From NCBI RefSeq assembly GCF_041861885.3, contig NZ_CP175761.1:2904601-2936600 (forward strand): 32,000 nucleotides of DNA. The letters run 5' to 3'. Made by a program: the position numbers and the translations under genes. The DNA comes from Haloimpatiens sp. FM7315 (GTDB lineage Bacteria; Bacillota; Clostridia; Clostridiales; Clostridiaceae). Below, piece by piece: positions 28,649-32,000 of the stretch (positions are counted from its first letter, which is position 1; each line of letters starts with the position of its first letter). Below the pieces are notes generated by a model. That model saw only the letters and a program-made list of their open reading frames with translations, did no database searches and had not been told where the DNA came from.

Positions 28649-28711
28649 GATATCCACCCTCTCAATATTTTATCTTATTATATCATGACCAAATTATTTT
28701 TGTACAATTTA

Positions 28712-28819
28712 TTATAACCTATCTAACTTATATGGTATTAAGCCTTCTTTATTATGGACAAGATAATCATAGAGTTCCGTAAGCTTTTTAAATGCAATTT
28801 CATTGGTTTCTATCATCAT
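28712..28819 (-). pseudogene. short transposase-like remnant abutting the IS3 end
   Basis: My translation is MMIETNEIAFKKLTELYDYLVHNKEGLIPYKLDRL. It resembles an internal segment of Clostridial ISLre2/UPF0236-type transposases as recalled from memory. It ends 5 nt from the IS3 boundary. Confidence 0.25.
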
Positions 28820-29000
28820 ATTTATAATTAATTATAAGCTTTCGGTAACTTTTCCTTTTCAAGATTTTCATTAATAATTATTTTCGTAAAATATCGGGAT
28901 GAACCGAAATTTTTATCATAGTGATTTAAATACTACCTTACAAAAATGTAAGGAATCTGTAAGGTAAATGTTATGGATAAAAATAAAACATTTTAGTATT

Positions 29001-29093
29001 ATAAGACTATAAATAATTTAAATTAGTCTCAATAAAAGAAAGGATGTGATTAAATAATGAAAAATAATAAGACTATAAATAATTTAAATTAGT
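29001..29093 (+). repeat. two perfect 27-bp direct repeats (29001..29027 and 29067..29093)
   Basis: ATAAGACTATAAATAATTTAAATTAGT occurs twice, 66 bp apart, immediately upstream of the CPBP gene. Confidence 0.9.
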
Positions 29094-29146
29094 ATTTTGT
29101 GAAGATTAAAATAAACAATTCGAATAGGAAAGGAGCTTTTTATATT

Positions 29147-29941
29147 ATGAATAAATCAAATAAAAAAATATTTGTTTTTTTATTTTTTATAATTGTGCTA
29201 ATATCATTTCCATTTTACAAAATGATTAGTGCTGGTTCTGCTAAAGTAAGTGGCAAATGTATACTTATCGTTATGTGGGCACCTGCAATTTCAGCATTTA
29301 TTACTAAGCTTGTATTTGATAGGGATTTAAGAAAATTAGGTTTTAAAATAGGAAATTTAAAGTACATAGGTATAAGTTTTATTATTCCTTTAATTGCAGC
29401 CCTATTAGTATACTCTATAGTATGGATAACAGGAATTGGACAACTTGACTCAAGTAGACTTATTAGTGAACTTAGCCTTAGTAAATTTGGTATGATTATG
29501 TCATTTATAGCAACTGGTATTTTAGCATTAGGTGAAGAAATTGGCTGGCGAGGATTTCTTGTACCTGAATTATTCAAAAAATTTTCATATACCAAAACCT
29601 CTATAATTACTGGAGTTATATGGAGTATGTATCACTATCCTATCTTATTTTTTAGTGACTATAATAATGGGGTATCAGTATTATCATCATTTGTTTTTTT
29701 TACAATATCTGTATTCGCCGTATGTTTTATAACAACTTGGTTACGATTAAAATCAGGAAGCTTATGGACTGGTGCAATACTTCATGCATCTCATAATTAT
29801 TTTATTCAAGGTATATTTGACCACAGCACAATAGATAAAGGGTATACAAAATTGATTACAACTGAATTTGGAATTGGTCTAGCTATAGCGTATGTATTGA
29901 TAGCAGTTTATTTTTGGAGAAGAAGAGGGATTTTCAACTAA
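29147..29941 (+). CDS. CPBP (CAAX/Abi) family intramembrane metalloprotease
   Basis: It has motif 1 GEEIGWRGFL, motif 2 WSMYHY and motif 3 HASHNY in a multi-TM protein. I prefer ATG 29147, after GGAAAGGAG, to the ORF-track GTG at 29099. Confidence 0.85.
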   Translation: MNKSNKKIFVFLFFIIVLISFPFYKMISAGSAKVSGKCILIVMWAPAISAFITKLVFDRDLRKLGFKIGNLKYIGISFIIPLIAALLVYSIVWITGIGQLDSSRLISELSLSKFGMIMSFIATGILALGEEIGWRGFLVPELFKKFSYTKTSIITGVIWSMYHYPILFFSDYNNGVSVLSSFVFFTISVFAVCFITTWLRLKSGSLWTGAILHASHNYFIQGIFDHSTIDKGYTKLITTEFGIGLAIAYVLIAVYFWRRRGIFN

Positions 29942-30178
29942 AACTATCTAAAAATACTTTATCTAATCTATTTAAACTCTTTGCTCTCTAACCATGTATT
30001 AAAATAATATTTATATTATTTTCTATAGCTGTACTTTTACTATAGTGAAAGTACAGCATCCTTATTGCTAATTCCATTATCAACTTGACTTAGAAATTTC
30101 AATTTACCATTCTCATAACTATTTTCAATCCTATCTTTTCAAAATGTATTTTCGGTAAAATTGGTTTATTATAAAGTT

Positions 30179-30570
30179 TTAAAAAATCACTATTAAGTTC
30201 AGAAACTTCCTCTTCCACATACTTAAACTGATCGTTTTTACTATTTTCTCAAATGATTTTCCTTCTTGGCGCATTTTTTTGGCTTCAATTATTTTTTCTT
30301 TTCTTGTTAAGCTTGTTAAATATTCATATCGTTGCTTTGCTTCGGGGGATGTTAATGGTATGTCAATCCGTCCAATAATCAATCTTTGAAGTGTTTTTTT
30401 GATTGCTTTTATCAAATTTTTTATCATATGAAATCTATCGTTCACCTGTATAATATTTGGATGAGCAGCTTCAATCGCCGCTTTAAAGCTGATAGTATTT
30501 ATATCACGAATAATTGTTCTTCAAGAAACATTAAAATGTTCAGCTAAACTATTTGCACTATCATAGATTA
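30179..30570 (-). pseudogene. ISL3-family transposase remnant (C-terminal part, in-frame stop, chimeric N-terminus)
   Basis: The minus-strand reading is ...YDSANSLAEHFNVS*RTIIRDINTISFKAAIEAAHPNIIQVNDRFHMIKNL.... The P.A.QV.DRFH.IKNL block is the ISL3 DDE signature. It has no N-terminal domain and no terminal repeats. Confidence 0.5.
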
Positions 30571-30573
30571 TAT

Positions 30574-31254
30574 TTATTTTAAACCATATTTTTCAAGAAT
30601 TTTAAAAAAAGTTTTATCATTTTTCATTTCATCAATTTTTTCATTCACTGCATTTGCTAAAGTAGTATCACTTTTTCTAACTGCTGCTGCTCCATCACCA
30701 AAGATTTCAGGTTCATATATAGTTAATGTCTTTAAATAAAGAGTTCTATCTTTAGGTAATATATATGATGCGGCGGAAGAGTCCATTATAATTGCATCAA
30801 CTTTACCAGTATTTACTGCTGATAGTAATTCAGATTGACTTTTAAATAGTTTCAATTCTTTTATTAAACCTTCTTTTTGCCATTTTTGAGCTAATTCTAA
30901 AGCTAGTGTTCCCTCTCGTGCACCTATTACTGAATTTTTTAAGTCTCTTTTATCAATAATTTTTGAAAATTTAGGAACAACAATAGCGTCTGAATCTCTA
31001 TACCATACATCTGTGAATAGTACTTCTTTTTTACGTTCATCGGTAATACGCATTCCATCAACTATCATATCTATATCCTCATTAGTATTTAATTCAGTTA
31101 ATACCCCTTTTTCTTTTATTAATTCTAATCTATCTTTTACATCAACGTTACTTGCTATTGTACTATTAGTTCCTGCATTACATTTCATCATTATTATGAT
31201 ACAATTCACAATAATAATAATTAAAACTACTAATTTTTTATGAATCTTCGTCAT
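30574..31254 (-). CDS. family-3 (amino-acid type) ABC substrate-binding protein, probably internally deleted and orphan
   Basis: It has IKEKGVL, then MIVDGMRITDERKKEVLFTDVWY, then GAREGT and VDAIIMD blocks. By my recollection of the family, about 45-50 aa normally lying between the first two blocks are missing. There is no adjacent permease or ATPase. Confidence 0.6.
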   Translation of the reverse strand: MTKIHKKLVVLIIIIVNCIIIMMKCNAGTNSTIASNVDVKDRLELIKEKGVLTELNTNEDIDMIVDGMRITDERKKEVLFTDVWYRDSDAIVVPKFSKIIDKRDLKNSVIGAREGTLALELAQKWQKEGLIKELKLFKSQSELLSAVNTGKVDAIIMDSSAASYILPKDRTLYLKTLTIYEPEIFGDGAAAVRKSDTTLANAVNEKIDEMKNDKTFFKILEKYGLK

Positions 31255-31520
31255 AATAAATCCCTCTTTTCAAAATTGTTTATTTTTATAAATTATAGTG
31301 TTTAAAGTTACACTTATATTTATTATCTTAATTTTAAACCTTAATTATTCACTAAATTTAATAAGATCAAAAAAGATATCTTCTTTATACACATATAAAT
31401 ACTCTGCTCCTATATCTTCACTAATGCAAATTCAAAAATATATGTTTTTGAAAGCGCACTACTACTACAAATAGGTGTATAACCTAAGCCATTCATTTCA
31501 TTGTCCTCCTTTCTTTTCTA

Positions 31521-32000
31521 TTATAGTTTTTTCCACTTAGTATTTCTTCCCTTGCCTACAACTTCTATTTTTCCTTCAACTTTAAGCTTTTCAAACACTC
31601 TATTTATAGTTGCTTCGCCTACATCTGGGCATATAGTTCTTATTTCATTCTTAGTAAAATACCCTAGCTTTCCTTCTATAGCCATTTCTATTCTCTCACT
31701 CTTACTGCCCTTAGTATTCTCAATACAGCCTACTCTATCCTCTAATTCCTTATATGCTTTTATAATAACGCCAAGAAAATATTCAAGCCATATATATAAA
31801 TTGTTTTTTCCATCATGCCATAACATAGATGATTTATTTAGTGCTTCATAATAAGTTTCTTTGCTATCCTCAATGATTTTTTCTAAACTAATAAATCTTC
31901 CAACATCAAAACCACTTTGATACAAAAGTAACAGTGTTAACAATCTAGACATTCTTCCATTTCCATCATTAAAAGGATGGATGCAAAGAAAATCTAATAT
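31521..32000 (-). CDS. Fic/DOC family protein, C-terminal part (N-terminus off the window)
   Basis: Extending the ORF to position 32000 gives ILDFLCIHPFNDGNGRMSRLL, which is the HPFx[D/E]GNGR Fic motif. The C-terminus is winged-helix-like (TINRVFEKLKVEGKIEVVGKGRNTKW). Confidence 0.85.
   Translation of the reverse strand: MLDFLCIHPFNDGNGRMSRLLTLLLLYQSGFDVGRFISLEKIIEDSKETYYEALNKSSMLWHDGKNNLYIWLEYFLGVIIKAYKELEDRVGCIENTKGSKSERIEMAIEGKLGYFTKNEIRTICPDVGEATINRVFEKLKVEGKIEVVGKGRNTKWKKL

Larger units (their letters stand above)
27527..28706 (-). mobile_element. IS3-family insertion sequence (1180 bp), apparently intact
   Basis: The terminal inverted repeats are TGCACAATTTTTATTCGGTCAT (27527..27548) and the reverse complement of 28685..28706, TGTACAAAAATAATTTGGTCAT. 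They match at 16 of 22 positions with TG...CA ends. orfA and orfB are in a -1 frame arrangement and the orfB stop lies inside the IR. Confidence 0.8.

Noticed and set aside
29057-29092. The mini-ORF MKNNKTINNLN as a bacteriocin or pheromone precursor for the CPBP protein.
   Set aside because: It has no double-glycine or signal-type leader, no hydrophobic or Cys-rich core, and the SD spacing is long (about 12 nt). It is kept only as part of the repeat observation.

Overview
Low-GC (about 27-28% by eye), Clostridium-like chromosomal DNA. About 30 of 32 credible genes lie on the minus strand. From 1 to about 26.9 kb there are mostly core or stress genes. These are gltX behind a T-box, an ECF sigma/anti-sigma operon, an SOS-boxed Y-family polymerase, an AIM24/TIGR00266 protein, an orphan HNH nuclease and a MazG-like NTP pyrophosphatase. 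They continue with two PadR modules, DUF2500, an ABC-F ATPase behind an attenuator-like leader, a DUF89 phosphatase and a divergent MetRS-like enzyme behind a second T-box. The block ends with an XRE-plus-membrane pair, katG and a Bce/Mbr-type ABC transporter with its two-component system. From about 26.9 to 32 kb the DNA looks accessory and decaying. It holds a MerR-methyltransferase fusion, an intact 1180-bp IS3-family element, two transposase remnants, a CPBP protease behind a 27-bp perfect direct repeat, an internally deleted orphan solute-binding protein and a Fic protein. I found no CRISPR array, rRNA or tRNA gene. The most unusual item is the T-box-controlled MetRS-like paralogue: its KMSKS loop is degenerate and its specifier loop does not present AUG. 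Family and motif calls come from reading translations and from memory, and no searches were run. Several ORF-track starts were moved to downstream starts that have Shine-Dalgarno sequences.
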